The notes under the pieces are model-generated. The model did no database searches and was not told the DNA's origin. It worked only from the letters and a program-made list of their open reading frames with translations. Made by a program: the position numbers and the translations under genes. Positions 27,379-36,986 of a stretch of DNA of 64,000 nt are shown piece by piece; positions within the stretch are counted from its first letter, which is position 1, and each line of letters starts with the position of its first letter. The DNA is from Vicinamibacteria bacterium (lineage in GTDB: Bacteria > Acidobacteriota > Vicinamibacteria > Marinacidobacterales > Marinacidobacteraceae): NCBI GenBank assembly GCA_964291235.2, contig OZ219816.1, positions 1,504,001-1,568,000 on the forward strand. Reading direction: 5' to 3'.

Positions 27379-28629
27379 TTGTCTGAACCTCCCCTTCCCT
27401 CTCGCTCGCCCCGCGATCCGGTCGTGACCGGGATGGGCCTCCTGTCTCAGGTCGGCACCGGGACCACCGAGCACCGCGAGATTCTGAAATCCGGAACCCA
27501 GGTTCCGTGTTCGGTGTACGAACCCGGCGTCGAGTGTCAGACCGGGTGCCAGTTGGTCGGCGCCTACCGGGCCCCCCTCGATCCGGACGACCTCGGTCTC
27601 GACCGGTCGGAGGCGCGCTTCATGGGCCGGATGTCGCTGCTCGCGGTCCGCGCCGCGCGGCTCGCCCTCGATCAGTCGGGGCTCCCGACGCGTGAACTCG
27701 CGGTAGTGGTCGGGACCGGCACCGGCGAAATCGAGACGCACCGCGAAGTCGTGCGCCGGGTTGCCCGCGGGGGACGCGTACGGGTACTTCCGACCACGAT
27801 CCCGCGCATCATGGCCTCAACCGTCTCAGCCAACCTGGCCACGGTGCTGAAGACCCGGGGGCCGTCCCTCTCGGCTACGGCGGCTTGCGCCGGGGGCGGC
27901 TACAACCTGGCGATCGCCGCCTCCTGGATCCGTGATGGCGTCGTGGACTACGCGCTTGCGGGCGGCGTGGAAGCGGAGGACGTTCACTTCCATCTCGGTT
28001 TCGACTCGATGCGCGCCTACACCCGCGTGGACAACCACCGGCCCGAAAAGGCTTCGCGCCCCTACGCCGCCGATCGCGCTGGTTTCATCTTCGGAGAGGG
28101 CGCCGGCATCCTGGCCCTCGAGTCCCGGGAATCCGCCGAACGGCGCGGAGCGGAGATTCTCGGATCCATCGCCGGCTTCGGCATGTCCTCCGACGGGAGC
28201 GGAGAGATGGTGGCTCCGGCCAGCGAAGGGGCCGAACTCGCGATCCAGCGGGCGCTCCGGCACAGCGGCGTGCCGCGGGAGGCGATCGGCTACATCAACA
28301 CCCATGGCACTTCGACTCCCCTCGGGGATGTCTCCGAAGTCCGCGCGATTCGTCGCGTCTTCGACGACGCCCTCATCCCGTATGGCTCGACCAAGGGGTA
28401 CACCGGCCACACCGTGTCCGCGGCCGGCGCGCTCGAAGCCGCCTTCACCTTCCTCATGCTTCGCGAGGGGTGGCTTTCGCCCTCCGTAAACGCCGAACCC
28501 CTCGATCCTGAACTCGAGGACTATCCTCCGGTCGTGGGACCGACGACCACCGACGCCGAGTGGGCCCTCTCCAACTCGTTCGGTTTCGGCGGCACGAACA
28601 TCTCCCTCGTGCTCCGCCGCGAACGCTGA
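27379..28629 (+). CDS. Beta-ketoacyl-ACP synthase (FabB/FabF family)
   Basis: Catalytic Cys in AACAGG, His in INTHGTST and KGYTGH, SNSFGFGG; AAGGAG RBS before TTG. Confidence 0.92.
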   Translation: MSEPPLPSRSPRDPVVTGMGLLSQVGTGTTEHREILKSGTQVPCSVYEPGVECQTGCQLVGAYRAPLDPDDLGLDRSEARFMGRMSLLAVRAARLALDQSGLPTRELAVVVGTGTGEIETHREVVRRVARGGRVRVLPTTIPRIMASTVSANLATVLKTRGPSLSATAACAGGGYNLAIAASWIRDGVVDYALAGGVEAEDVHFHLGFDSMRAYTRVDNHRPEKASRPYAADRAGFIFGEGAGILALESRESAERRGAEILGSIAGFGMSSDGSGEMVAPASEGAELAIQRALRHSGVPREAIGYINTHGTSTPLGDVSEVRAIRRVFDDALIPYGSTKGYTGHTVSAAGALEAAFTFLMLREGWLSPSVNAEPLDPELEDYPPVVGPTTTDAEWALSNSFGFGGTNISLVLRRER

Positions 28630-28667
28630 ACCGTCCCCGAGGCCACGTCACGAAAGCGAGAAAACCC

Positions 28668-29063
28668 ATGCACGTCGATCTCGAATGGAACGGGGTAACC
28701 GGTTACCACATCACCACTCCGTCCGGAGCCGCGTTCACCCTCGACAGCGACGCAGCGGACGGCCCCTCCCCCATGGAATCCTTGCTGGGGGCGGTCGCGG
28801 GCTGTATGGCGATCGACATCGTCCACATCCTGAAACGCATGCGCCGGGCTCCCGAACGCCTCTCGGCCCGCGTCTCCGGCGAGCGCGCCGGCGATCACCC
28901 GAAGCGCTTCGTCAGCATCCGGCTGGAGTTCACCGCCTCGGGAGGCGCCGTGGTTCAGGACCGTCTGGAGCAGTCCGTCGAACTCTCGTTCGCCAAGTAC
29001 TGCAGCGTCCTCCACAGCCTGGCGCCCGACACCGAAACAAGCTGGTCTGCCCGGGTGTCATAG
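28668..29063 (+). CDS. OsmC family protein
   Basis: GPSPMESLL..VAGC and KYCSV motifs. Confidence 0.9.
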   Translation: MHVDLEWNGVTGYHITTPSGAAFTLDSDAADGPSPMESLLGAVAGCMAIDIVHILKRMRRAPERLSARVSGERAGDHPKRFVSIRLEFTASGGAVVQDRLEQSVELSFAKYCSVLHSLAPDTETSWSARVS

Positions 29064-29267
29064 CGGAAACGGCATGAGGCTGCCGGCCCGGCCGGCCCGG
29101 CTCATCAGAGTTCCATCGGAGAACGGCCGCCGAAGGGATCTACCAACCGGAGCACCTGGCTCCGAATCTTCGAACTGGCTCCCGCGAGGTTCTCATACCT
29201 CCGCCGCAGCGATCGGTGCAGGATGGTTCCCCTCTCGGCGGGAACCCCACCAGCCTTGATGTCGGAC

Positions 29268-29503
29268 AGGCACGGGAGCCCCCGCCGGGAGAACTGGGCC
29301 GGCCTCCAGGCCGGCACAGCCCGCCGCAGGCGGGCGGCGGGACGGACCTGGCTGGCCGGGATAGCTCCCTCTCTCGGAGAGGACCCCGTGAGCGCGAGCG
29401 GCGAGGAACCGCCCGCGGCGCTACACGCCGCTGTGCCGGCCCCCACCGGGAGAACTGGCCTGGAGGTCGGCCCAGTTCTCCAGGCGGGGGCTCCCGTGCC
29501 TAC
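29268..29503. repeat. REPIN-like element with ~45-bp inverted arms
   Basis: 29268-29312 is the reverse complement of 29457-29501 with 2 mismatches; right arm starts GTAG on the minus strand; contains the REP hairpin core. Confidence 0.8.
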
Positions 29504-29805
29504 ACGCTGTCCGTGCGGTCAGGGTCCGCGCCTGACGCGTTGCTCCCCACATCATCAACAGGTTGGCGTGATCCGCGCGGCACCTTGGGCCATGAGTATG
29601 AGAAATCCGGGTTCGGGGTCGGCGAGGTGAGAGGCAGCGGGAGGGAAGCGCTTGGTCGGAGGGATTTCACCGTCTTGGATTGGACGGTCAGCGAGCTGCA
29701 CACCCCGATAGTGCGGACTCACGAGCACTGGTTTCGCGCTCCCACGCGACTCGGCCAGCGGGCGGCCCCGCCCCTCGGTTCGCGGCGCGCTCCCGGCCGG
29801 TTCGT

Positions 29806-30753
29806 TCAGGGCCGCGCCGTATAGCCCTCTCGCGCCCGCACCCGGACGCGCCGCTGCTTCACCCGAACCTCGATCGGGACGAATCCCCGCCTCCCGGGCT
29901 CGGGGCTGAAGGCGAGCACGTAGCGCACCCGCAGATCCCGGAGAACCTCCTGGAACGCCGCTTCGAGATCCGCGTCCGAGCGGATGGTCACGGACCTTCC
30001 GCCGGTGGCTCCGACCAGGTCCTCGAGCAGTTCGATCCCATCCCGATCCGTGCGGAGGATCCGCGATGGACGGGGCGCGGGAGCGATGATCGAATAGAGC
30101 AGGACTTCGGAAGCCTGGACGGCGCTCCGGATGTGCCGCTCCCGCGCCCAGCTCAGGTTGTCCAGTGCATCGGTGAAGAGCAGCAGCACCGGACGGCCGC
30201 TGCCCCAGTGGAGGGCCGCCAGGGACAGGATGACTCCGTCCCAAAGCGCCGTAGCTCCACCGCCGCCGGTCTGTAACAGGCCGTCGCCAACGTCCGCGCC
30301 GCAGGAGCCGAACTCCCGGACCCAGCGAGCCCGGTTGGAGAACGCCACTACCCCGCAGTCGTCGCGGTCGGTCAGCGCCCCGGCGAACTGACGCGCTCCG
30401 GCGGCCAGCCGACGGCGCCGCTCCCCGGCGGTGCTCCCGCTCACATCCATGGCGAACAGCACGGCGAGCGGTACCGAGCCCGGATCGAGCAGCCGGAACT
30501 CCCTTGGCTCGCCGGCGACGAGCAGTTCGAAGTCCTCCGGTCCGAGACCCCGCACCGGGCCGTCCCGGCTCACGGAGACATCCACCAGGACGGCGCGGCT
30601 CTCCACCCGGAACTGGGCCGCCGCACCTCCGGCGCCTCCCAGCAGCAGGATCCCGACGATTACCGCGGGTAACGGCGGAAGCGCTCGCAGCAAGATTCGC
30701 TGTCCCCGAGCCCGGTGTCCGTGGATCAGGTGGCGACCAGCCGGCGCAGCCAA
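29806..30753 (-). CDS. vWA domain protein of the acidobacterial VWFA-related type
   Basis: FRVESRAVLVDVSV..GPVRGL..EDF, DVSGS, TALWD, LRVRYVLAF.P, VRAREGY. Confidence 0.88.
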   Translation of the reverse strand: MAAPAGRHLIHGHRARGQRILLRALPPLPAVIVGILLLGGAGGAAAQFRVESRAVLVDVSVSRDGPVRGLGPEDFELLVAGEPREFRLLDPGSVPLAVLFAMDVSGSTAGERRRRLAAGARQFAGALTDRDDCGVVAFSNRARWVREFGSCGADVGDGLLQTGGGGATALWDGVILSLAALHWGSGRPVLLLFTDALDNLSWARERHIRSAVQASEVLLYSIIAPAPRPSRILRTDRDGIELLEDLVGATGGRSVTIRSDADLEAAFQEVLRDLRVRYVLAFSPEPGRRGFVPIEVRVKQRRVRVRAREGYTARP

Positions 30754-31931
30754 TCGAGGGACGGCTCGCTCGCCTCCGCCCAGGTGGTCAGGAAATCGAT
30801 CCAGACCCGGTCTCCCTCGCGGAGCCCAAGTTGTTCCGTCGCGAGCTCCGCCGCCTCGTCCCAGCGTCCCCGGGTCTCAAGCGCCGCCACCAGCGCGGCT
30901 ACTACGGCTGACGAGGTCGGGGCCAGGTCCACCGCCGCGCGGAGTCCCGCGATCGCCGGATCGAGTCGGCCCTCGGCAATCCGCGCTTCGCCGAGCAACA
31001 GCAGCCGCGGCACCCGGAGCAGCTCCGAATTCGGCTTCTCGCTGACCTCCCGCAGACGGTCGGCGGCGCGGCCGATCCGTCCCTGGCCCAGGGCAACGAG
31101 CGCCAGGCGGAGATTCAGATCGTCCGGATCTCCCAGCGCGCGCGCGACCGTTCTGGGGGACTGCAAGGCAACCGCCCGGCTCACCAGCCGCTCGGAGGCC
31201 GCCTCCCGAAACAGCTCCCGGGCATCCCGCCAGAGTTCCTTCTCCCGCACGTAGCGGGCGCGGACCGACCAGACGACGGCGAGTTGCCAGGTGAGTGCGG
31301 GATCCCGCCGCGGATCGGCTGCTTCCAGAACGCGGCTGGCGGAGAGCAAGTCCATCCGCGCAAGTCGCTGGCGGGCGGCTGCAAGAACGATCTCCCGCCA
31401 GAGGAGCTTGCGAACGTCGGAGGCGCCTTCCTCCCCCCAGCCGGCGATCGCCTCCTCGACAAGGTGGTCAGGAAGCCCCTGAACCCACTGCCGCGGGAGA
31501 CTTTCGACCGGTTCCCGGAAAGCCCAACTGGCGTGGTTCCAGCCGAACTGCGCCACCGTCTCGGCGTGCATGAGCGCGGCGGCCAATCGCTCCTGGAACC
31601 CCTCGAGCTGGTTGGCGGGCGGGAGATGGTCGAAAAAATCCTGCTGCACCCGCCTCGTCTCCGCCTGGACCCGGGTCCCGACCTGGCGGGCCGTCTCCAC
31701 GTAGCGACCGGCGCGGTACTGGGACACGAGTTGCCGGTAGGCCTCGCGAGTCAGCGGCTCGTTTGCGCCACCGCCGGACTGTTCCCGCCGCAGGAAAGCC
31801 CGCCGACTCATCCGGCGCGCCCGATTCCTCATGCGTTTCAACGGGCCCCGGCGGAGCCCGTCCGAAAGATACCAGCGCGCCCGATCGGCTAACCCCGGAC
31901 GGCGCCCGACCACGCGGATCAGAAAACGCAC
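30726..31931 (-). CDS. Tetratricopeptide-repeat-like protein
   Basis: AAALMHAE motif shared with the 26227-27231 protein (AALLHTE); LLGEARIAEGRLD.A repeats; start uncertain. Confidence 0.65.
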   Translation of the reverse strand: MRFLIRVVGRRPGLADRARWYLSDGLRRGPLKRMRNRARRMSRRAFLRREQSGGGANEPLTREAYRQLVSQYRAGRYVETARQVGTRVQAETRRVQQDFFDHLPPANQLEGFQERLAAALMHAETVAQFGWNHASWAFREPVESLPRQWVQGLPDHLVEEAIAGWGEEGASDVRKLLWREIVLAAARQRLARMDLLSASRVLEAADPRRDPALTWQLAVVWSVRARYVREKELWRDARELFREAASERLVSRAVALQSPRTVARALGDPDDLNLRLALVALGQGRIGRAADRLREVSEKPNSELLRVPRLLLLGEARIAEGRLDPAIAGLRAAVDLAPTSSAVVAALVAALETRGRWDEAAELATEQLGLREGDRVWIDFLTTWAEASEPSLDWLRRLVAT

Positions 31932-31942
31932 ACAATTACCGG

Positions 31943-33265
31943 ATGCCGCATCCCTCTCGCCGCGCGTTTCTGCTCCGCGCGGTTCCCGCTGCCACCCTCT
32001 GGCCCGCCACCGTCCTCTCAGGCGCCTCCCGCGCTTTGGAAGACCGCGTCGAGAGCGAACGCATCGCGAGCCGCATGGAAGCCATCGCCCGGATCGGCGC
32101 GACGCCCGGGGGCGGCGGCTCCCGCACCGCGGGGAGCGACGCCGATCTCGCTACCAGGGACCGCTTTGCCGGTTGGCTGCGGGAGGCGGGGCTTGCGGTA
32201 CGCACCGATCTCGCGGGAAACCTCATCGGACGCCTGCCCGGAACCGATCCGTCACTACCTCCGCTCCTCACCGGGTCGCACCTCGATTCCGTTCCGGACG
32301 GCGGAAACTTCGACGGGGTGGTGGGCTCGATCGGAGCCCTCGAAGCCGCAACCGTCATCGCGGCCTCCGGTGAGCCGCTCCGTCATCCGCTCGAGGTAGC
32401 GGTGTTCTTCAACGAAGAGAACGGAAAGACCGGCAGCCGCGCCCTCGCCGGGGAAGTCACGAAGGAAGAAATGGACCTTCCGGTGTACGGCGGATTCACC
32501 CTGGGCGAGGCGCTCGCCCGGGTAGGTGGATCGCCGGAGCGGATCACGGAGGCGGCGCTCGCCCCCGGCCACTACGCCGGCTTCCTGGAGTTGCACATCG
32601 AACAGGGTCCCACGCTCGCCTCCGAGGGGATCGAAATCGGGGTGGTCCAGGGCATCGTGGGGATCCGCCGCTTCCGCGTGCGGGTTTCCGGATTCGCCAA
32701 CCACGCCGGCACCACCGCGATGGGGATCCGTCGCGACGCCCTCGTCACCGCCGGCCGCTTCCTGGTCGCAGTCCACGAAGAGACCCAGGCCTGGCCGGGA
32801 CGCCAGGTGGCGACGGTGGGACGGATCGAGGCGCACCCTGGTGCTCCGAACGTCATTCCCGGAGAGGTCGAACTGAGTCTCGAGATCCGGGATCTCGGAA
32901 TGGAGACGATCGAGGCTCTCTATCAGCGCTTCCAGGAAATGGGCGACGAGTTGGCGCGCCGCAACCAGACGGACATCACCTTCGAGCCCTACTACCTGAG
33001 CCGCGCCGCCCCCTGCGACCCGGCCTTCATGGACACCGTGGAAGGCGCTGCCGAGAGTCTTGGTTTTTCGAACCTGCGGCTGCCGTCCGGCGCCGGGCAC
33101 GACGCCCAGTCCATCGCCGTACTCGCCCCCATAGGGATGATCTTCGTGCCGAGCCGCGACGGCATCAGCCATTCGCCCCGCGAGTTCACGAGCCTCGCGG
33201 ACATCACGAGCGGCACCCGGGTCCTCGTCGAGTCGCTCCGCCGCCTCGACCGGTCCCTCGCGTAG
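31943..33265 (+). CDS. M20 Zn-dependent amidohydrolase (allantoate amidohydrolase / N-carbamoylase family), Tat signal
   Basis: SRRAFL; GSHLDSV..GGNFDG, NEE, ELHIEQG, NHAGT, SGAGHDA, GISH. Confidence 0.92.
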   Translation: MPHPSRRAFLLRAVPAATLWPATVLSGASRALEDRVESERIASRMEAIARIGATPGGGGSRTAGSDADLATRDRFAGWLREAGLAVRTDLAGNLIGRLPGTDPSLPPLLTGSHLDSVPDGGNFDGVVGSIGALEAATVIAASGEPLRHPLEVAVFFNEENGKTGSRALAGEVTKEEMDLPVYGGFTLGEALARVGGSPERITEAALAPGHYAGFLELHIEQGPTLASEGIEIGVVQGIVGIRRFRVRVSGFANHAGTTAMGIRRDALVTAGRFLVAVHEETQAWPGRQVATVGRIEAHPGAPNVIPGEVELSLEIRDLGMETIEALYQRFQEMGDELARRNQTDITFEPYYLSRAAPCDPAFMDTVEGAAESLGFSNLRLPSGAGHDAQSIAVLAPIGMIFVPSRDGISHSPREFTSLADITSGTRVLVESLRRLDRSLA

Positions 33266-33282
33266 GAACCGGAACGGGGCCC

Positions 33283-34095
33283 TCAGCGCTCCTCTACCGG
33301 AATGACGCTCTCACCGTCGGCGTAGCCCACGATCCCGGCGGCAACGACTCGCCGAAAGCCCTCCGGAGAGAGGGCCGTCTCGTCGTCGAGTTCCAGATAA
33401 AAGCCCTCCGGAAGGGCGGCGAGCTGGGAAAAGGAATGACCGGGCCCGCTCCTGAGCGCGGCGCCGGGCTGCACCACCACCGCGACCAGGGGCGCCGTGA
33501 TCCGGAGTCGGAGCAGCGTCCCCGACACGGCCGCCGCCGCCAGCACCGACAGGAGCCCGGCCAGCACCAGCCGCCGCCGTCCGCGCCGGAGCATCAGCAG
33601 CGTCCAGCAGATTCCCGCGAGCAGTGCGGAGCCGCTGAGTATCCCCGCGAAGCGTTCCGGAGGACTGCGGCGCAGCCAGGGGCCAAAGCCCTGCATCGAA
33701 CGGAGCAACTCCATCGAGAACGCATCGGGGGCGCCCGTTGCCGCCGCGTCGGTCAAACGCCGGTCGAGCAGCTCCCGCGCGAGCGCCAGGTTCTGGCGGG
33801 CATCCTCGTCGCCCGGACGGAGCGCAAGCGACCTCTCCCAGTGCAGCATCGCATGACCGAGCCGGCCGGCACGGTACTCGGCGTTCCCGAGGTTGTAGTG
33901 GAGCGCCGCACGGTCCATTTCCCCGTCCGCCTCCTCGAGTAGCCGGCGATAGGCGGCGGCCGCGGATTCGTAGTCGCCCTCGTCGTAGCTTCTCGCCGCG
34001 GCCTGCGCTTCAGGATTCTCCTGGGCCGGCGCCGACCGACCCAGGCCTGATCCGGCGAGCAACACCACCGAAGCCAGAAGAAGCCGGCGCGTCAT
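33283..34095 (-). CDS. batE: BatE-like TPR and SH3-like protein
   Basis: HYNLGNA.YR.G.LG.A.L.WER, DARQNL, LRSGPG; last gene of the bat operon. Confidence 0.8.
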   Translation of the reverse strand: MTRRLLLASVVLLAGSGLGRSAPAQENPEAQAAARSYDEGDYESAAAAYRRLLEEADGEMDRAALHYNLGNAEYRAGRLGHAMLHWERSLALRPGDEDARQNLALARELLDRRLTDAAATGAPDAFSMELLRSMQGFGPWLRRSPPERFAGILSGSALLAGICWTLLMLRRGRRRLVLAGLLSVLAAAAVSGTLLRLRITAPLVAVVVQPGAALRSGPGHSFSQLAALPEGFYLELDDETALSPEGFRRVVAAGIVGYADGESVIPVEER

Positions 34096-36113
34096 TCCGT
34101 GCCTCCCTGCCGCGCCAGTTGTTCCTCGAGCTGGCGAATCAGCTCCGCCGCCTCTTCGGCATCGGAGTGCGCCTCGCCGCCCGTCCCGGGGGCGGCGAAA
34201 CGCGCGCCTTCCGTCCGAGAGAGCAGCGCCCGGAAGCGGCGCGCCGCGCCGGGCTCGGCGCCCGCCTCCTCGAGCCGGCGGGCCGCACTCTCCGGGGTGA
34301 GGCCGTGGCGGGACTCTCCCAGCCGCGCCGCCGCGTACTCCGTAAGCGCCTCGCTCACCCGGGCGGCGGAGTCCGGCCCGTCTCGGGAGATTGCCGCGAG
34401 CCGCCGCCGGGCGCCGCGGGCCGCCCCCCGCCGCCGGTATTCCGCCGGATTCGCCTCCCGCCAGGCACGGCGTCGCCGAGCGGCGAAGAGTCCCAGGTTC
34501 CATAGGGCCGGAAGAGCAAGACTCAGGACGAAGAGACTCCCGGGGCTCCACGGTCCCGGCAGACGCCCCGGTCCCTCCCCGACGGGCTTCAGATACCGGA
34601 TGTCCTGTCCCAGCCGCTCCACCGCTGCCGGCCCATCGGCCCCGGGGGCGATCGCGGCGCCCCCCTCGATCTGGATCTGTATGGGCTCGGTTTCGAGGCG
34701 CTCGTAAACGCCCGTTCGCGGATTGAAGACGTCGAGGGTGACGGCGGCGAGGTTCCGGACTCCGCCGGCCTCGGGAACCATCGGAAACTCCCATATCTGC
34801 CGGCCGCCGAACGACAAGCCCCCAGCCTCGTCGCGGAGGCCGCTTTCGGCGCTTATGTCCGGATCGAAGAAACGGAAGGCGCGTCGTGACTCGGGAGTGC
34901 CGGGCAGGTCCGGAGCCCCCGCCACGCGCAGATTGCCGCGGCCTTCGAGTTGGACGCGCAACACGAGCGGCTCCCCGGCTACCGCCGCCCGATCACCGAG
35001 CGGCGCGTCGTCTCGTCTGATGTCCGCGCTCAGCCGGTAGTCCCCCACCGCGCCGGTGAATCCGGGAGGGCGTCCCGCCTCCGGCAGTGGCGCCGCCCGG
35101 ATCGTCACCGCGGGGGCCTCTCGAGTCACCACCACCTGTTCCCGTCCAAAGAACGACCGCCGCTCGCCCTGTACCCCGATGTCGAAACGAGGCCCCGCGA
35201 GTTCGCGCTCTCCGGCGCCGGTCGGAAAGACCGCGCGCATCAGCAGCGGATAGGTGTCGTAGGCAACGCCGTTCAGGGTCCGGCGTTCGCGGCGCGGCCC
35301 CGGGAGGGCGCGGCGGGCGCGAATCTCGGCTGCGTCCAGGCCGCGCTCCAACCAGGGGACATCGGGGAGTTCCACATCCTCGGTCCAAAAACCCTCCGGC
35401 TGCGCCAGCTCGACGGGGGCCGCGACAAACACCGGGAGCCGGGACCAGAGGCGGTAGAGAACGAGCACCTGCTCGCCGGTGTGAACCGGGGCCTCCGCCG
35501 CTTCCACGCGGACGAAGATGTCCTCTTCCCGAACCTCCGGAACCCCCTGCCCCCGGCGCTGCCGACGGTCGAACGGATCCCCGAATCCGAACGGCGAGGA
35601 AAAGGGCGACGGGAAGGGGGACGCAAACGGGTCGGACGGGGGGGAGCCGAGGCTCCCTGGTTCGACCCGGACCCGAATCGGGGGCGCGGGGGAATAGCCG
35701 GGAACCGGGATCCGCGGAATCGTGAGTTCCCCGGTTTCCAGGGGCCTCAGTCGATAGACCCACTCGATCGCGCGGGTCATCTGCATGTTCACGATCTGCG
35801 TCTTCGAGACCCGCTGGCTGCCGAGTACCTCGAACCCGGCGAGATCGGAGAGCGTGGGTTCCCCGCCCCGATCCTCCGGCACGGAAACCGTCAGGGTGAG
35901 CGTGTCTTCGATCCCGATGTGGTCGGCGTCGACGCGCGCCTCGGCGGCTTCCTGGGCGTGGGCCGGCAGCGCGGAAAGGACCGCAAGAACAGCGGCCGGC
36001 AGCAGCCCTTTCCCGAGCAGCCGGTGGAGACCCGGGGCAGGAAGCACCCTGCACGCGGCAAGACCCTCAGGTTGGATGCTCGCGGCCATGGGTACGGTGG
36101 GTGCTTGCTTCAT
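34092..36113 (-). CDS. batD: BatD family protein
   Basis: GFW.E, FTGAVG, GRGNL, FNP.TG.Y, DIRYLK motifs; operon position. Confidence 0.85.
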   Translation of the reverse strand: MKQAPTVPMAASIQPEGLAACRVLPAPGLHRLLGKGLLPAAVLAVLSALPAHAQEAAEARVDADHIGIEDTLTLTVSVPEDRGGEPTLSDLAGFEVLGSQRVSKTQIVNMQMTRAIEWVYRLRPLETGELTIPRIPVPGYSPAPPIRVRVEPGSLGSPPSDPFASPFPSPFSSPFGFGDPFDRRQRRGQGVPEVREEDIFVRVEAAEAPVHTGEQVLVLYRLWSRLPVFVAAPVELAQPEGFWTEDVELPDVPWLERGLDAAEIRARRALPGPRRERRTLNGVAYDTYPLLMRAVFPTGAGERELAGPRFDIGVQGERRSFFGREQVVVTREAPAVTIRAAPLPEAGRPPGFTGAVGDYRLSADIRRDDAPLGDRAAVAGEPLVLRVQLEGRGNLRVAGAPDLPGTPESRRAFRFFDPDISAESGLRDEAGGLSFGGRQIWEFPMVPEAGGVRNLAAVTLDVFNPRTGVYERLETEPIQIQIEGGAAIAPGADGPAAVERLGQDIRYLKPVGEGPGRLPGPWSPGSLFVLSLALPALWNLGLFAARRRRAWREANPAEYRRRGAARGARRRLAAISRDGPDSAARVSEALTEYAAARLGESRHGLTPESAARRLEEAGAEPGAARRFRALLSRTEGARFAAPGTGGEAHSDAEEAAELIRQLEEQLARQGGTE

Positions 36114-36119
36114 GGGCTG

Positions 36120-36986
36120 CTAATGCCGGCCCCTTCGGAGCGCCCGGGCCCGGCGCCTTTCCAGTTGCTCCTCCTGGAAGGCCCGCTCCACGTCGGCGAG
36201 AGCCGCAAGGATTCGCTCCGCCTGCTCGGGGCTGATCTCGGGGACTTCTCCCGGCGCACCCTCCGACGCTTCCGATGGCGGGCTTTCATCCCGGGAGGCG
36301 TCTCGGTCCGGATCGTTGTCCGGCGGCCGCTCCGGGCGTTCCCCCTGCTCCCCGGAAGGGGGCTCCGGGCTGGATTCCGGCGACTCCTCGGAAGCTGGAT
36401 CCTGCTGGTCCGGCCCATCCCCTGGTTGCTGATCCTGCTGCCCCTGCTCTTGCTGCTCGTCCGGTTCCTCGCCGTCCCGTTCCTCGTTGTCCTGGCCCTC
36501 TCCATCCTGCGGCTGTTGTTGTTGTGCTTCTTCTTGCTCCTCGGCGCGCCGGAGCGCGCGTTCCAGATTCTGGCGGGCCTCGACGTCCTCCGGGTCTTCC
36601 GCGATCGCTTCCGCGTAGGCGACCGCCGCCTCGCGAAACGCCCCGGCGCGGAAGAGGCTGTTGCCCAGATTGAACAGGGCGTCCCGCCGGACCCCTTCCG
36701 CGAGATCGCTATCGAGCGCCGTCTGGTAACCCCGGAGCGCCTCCGCGAGCGGACCGTCCTCGGCCGAGGCCGGGCCTTCCTGCGCCTCTCCCATCCGGTA
36801 GTGGACACCGGCGATATTCAGATCGTTCTCCGGCGCATCGGGAACCTCGCCCTCCGCCCGCGAAAAGGCGCGCAGCGCCTCCTCCAGGCGGCCCGCTTCG
36901 AAGTGTTCCGCCCCCTCGCGGGTGTTTCGCTCCCCGCCACCGAAGAGCTGTGCGGCCATCAGCAAGACGAAAGCGGCGCGCATCAC
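36120..36986 (-). CDS. batC: BatC-like TPR protein with Q/E-rich linker
   Basis: FNLGN, EARQNLE, acidic/Gln-rich tract, ISPEQAERIL. Confidence 0.8.
   Translation of the reverse strand: MMRAAFVLLMAAQLFGGGERNTREGAEHFEAGRLEEALRAFSRAEGEVPDAPENDLNIAGVHYRMGEAQEGPASAEDGPLAEALRGYQTALDSDLAEGVRRDALFNLGNSLFRAGAFREAAVAYAEAIAEDPEDVEARQNLERALRRAEEQEEAQQQQPQDGEGQDNEERDGEEPDEQQEQGQQDQQPGDGPDQQDPASEESPESSPEPPSGEQGERPERPPDNDPDRDASRDESPPSEASEGAPGEVPEISPEQAERILAALADVERAFQEEQLERRRARALRRGRH

Noticed and set aside
29504-29805. Hidden small gene or toxin remnant
   Set aside because: No frame gave a recognisable motif or a credible RBS and start
36300-36545. Q/E/P-rich low-complexity repeat
   Set aside because: Normal linker of BatC proteins
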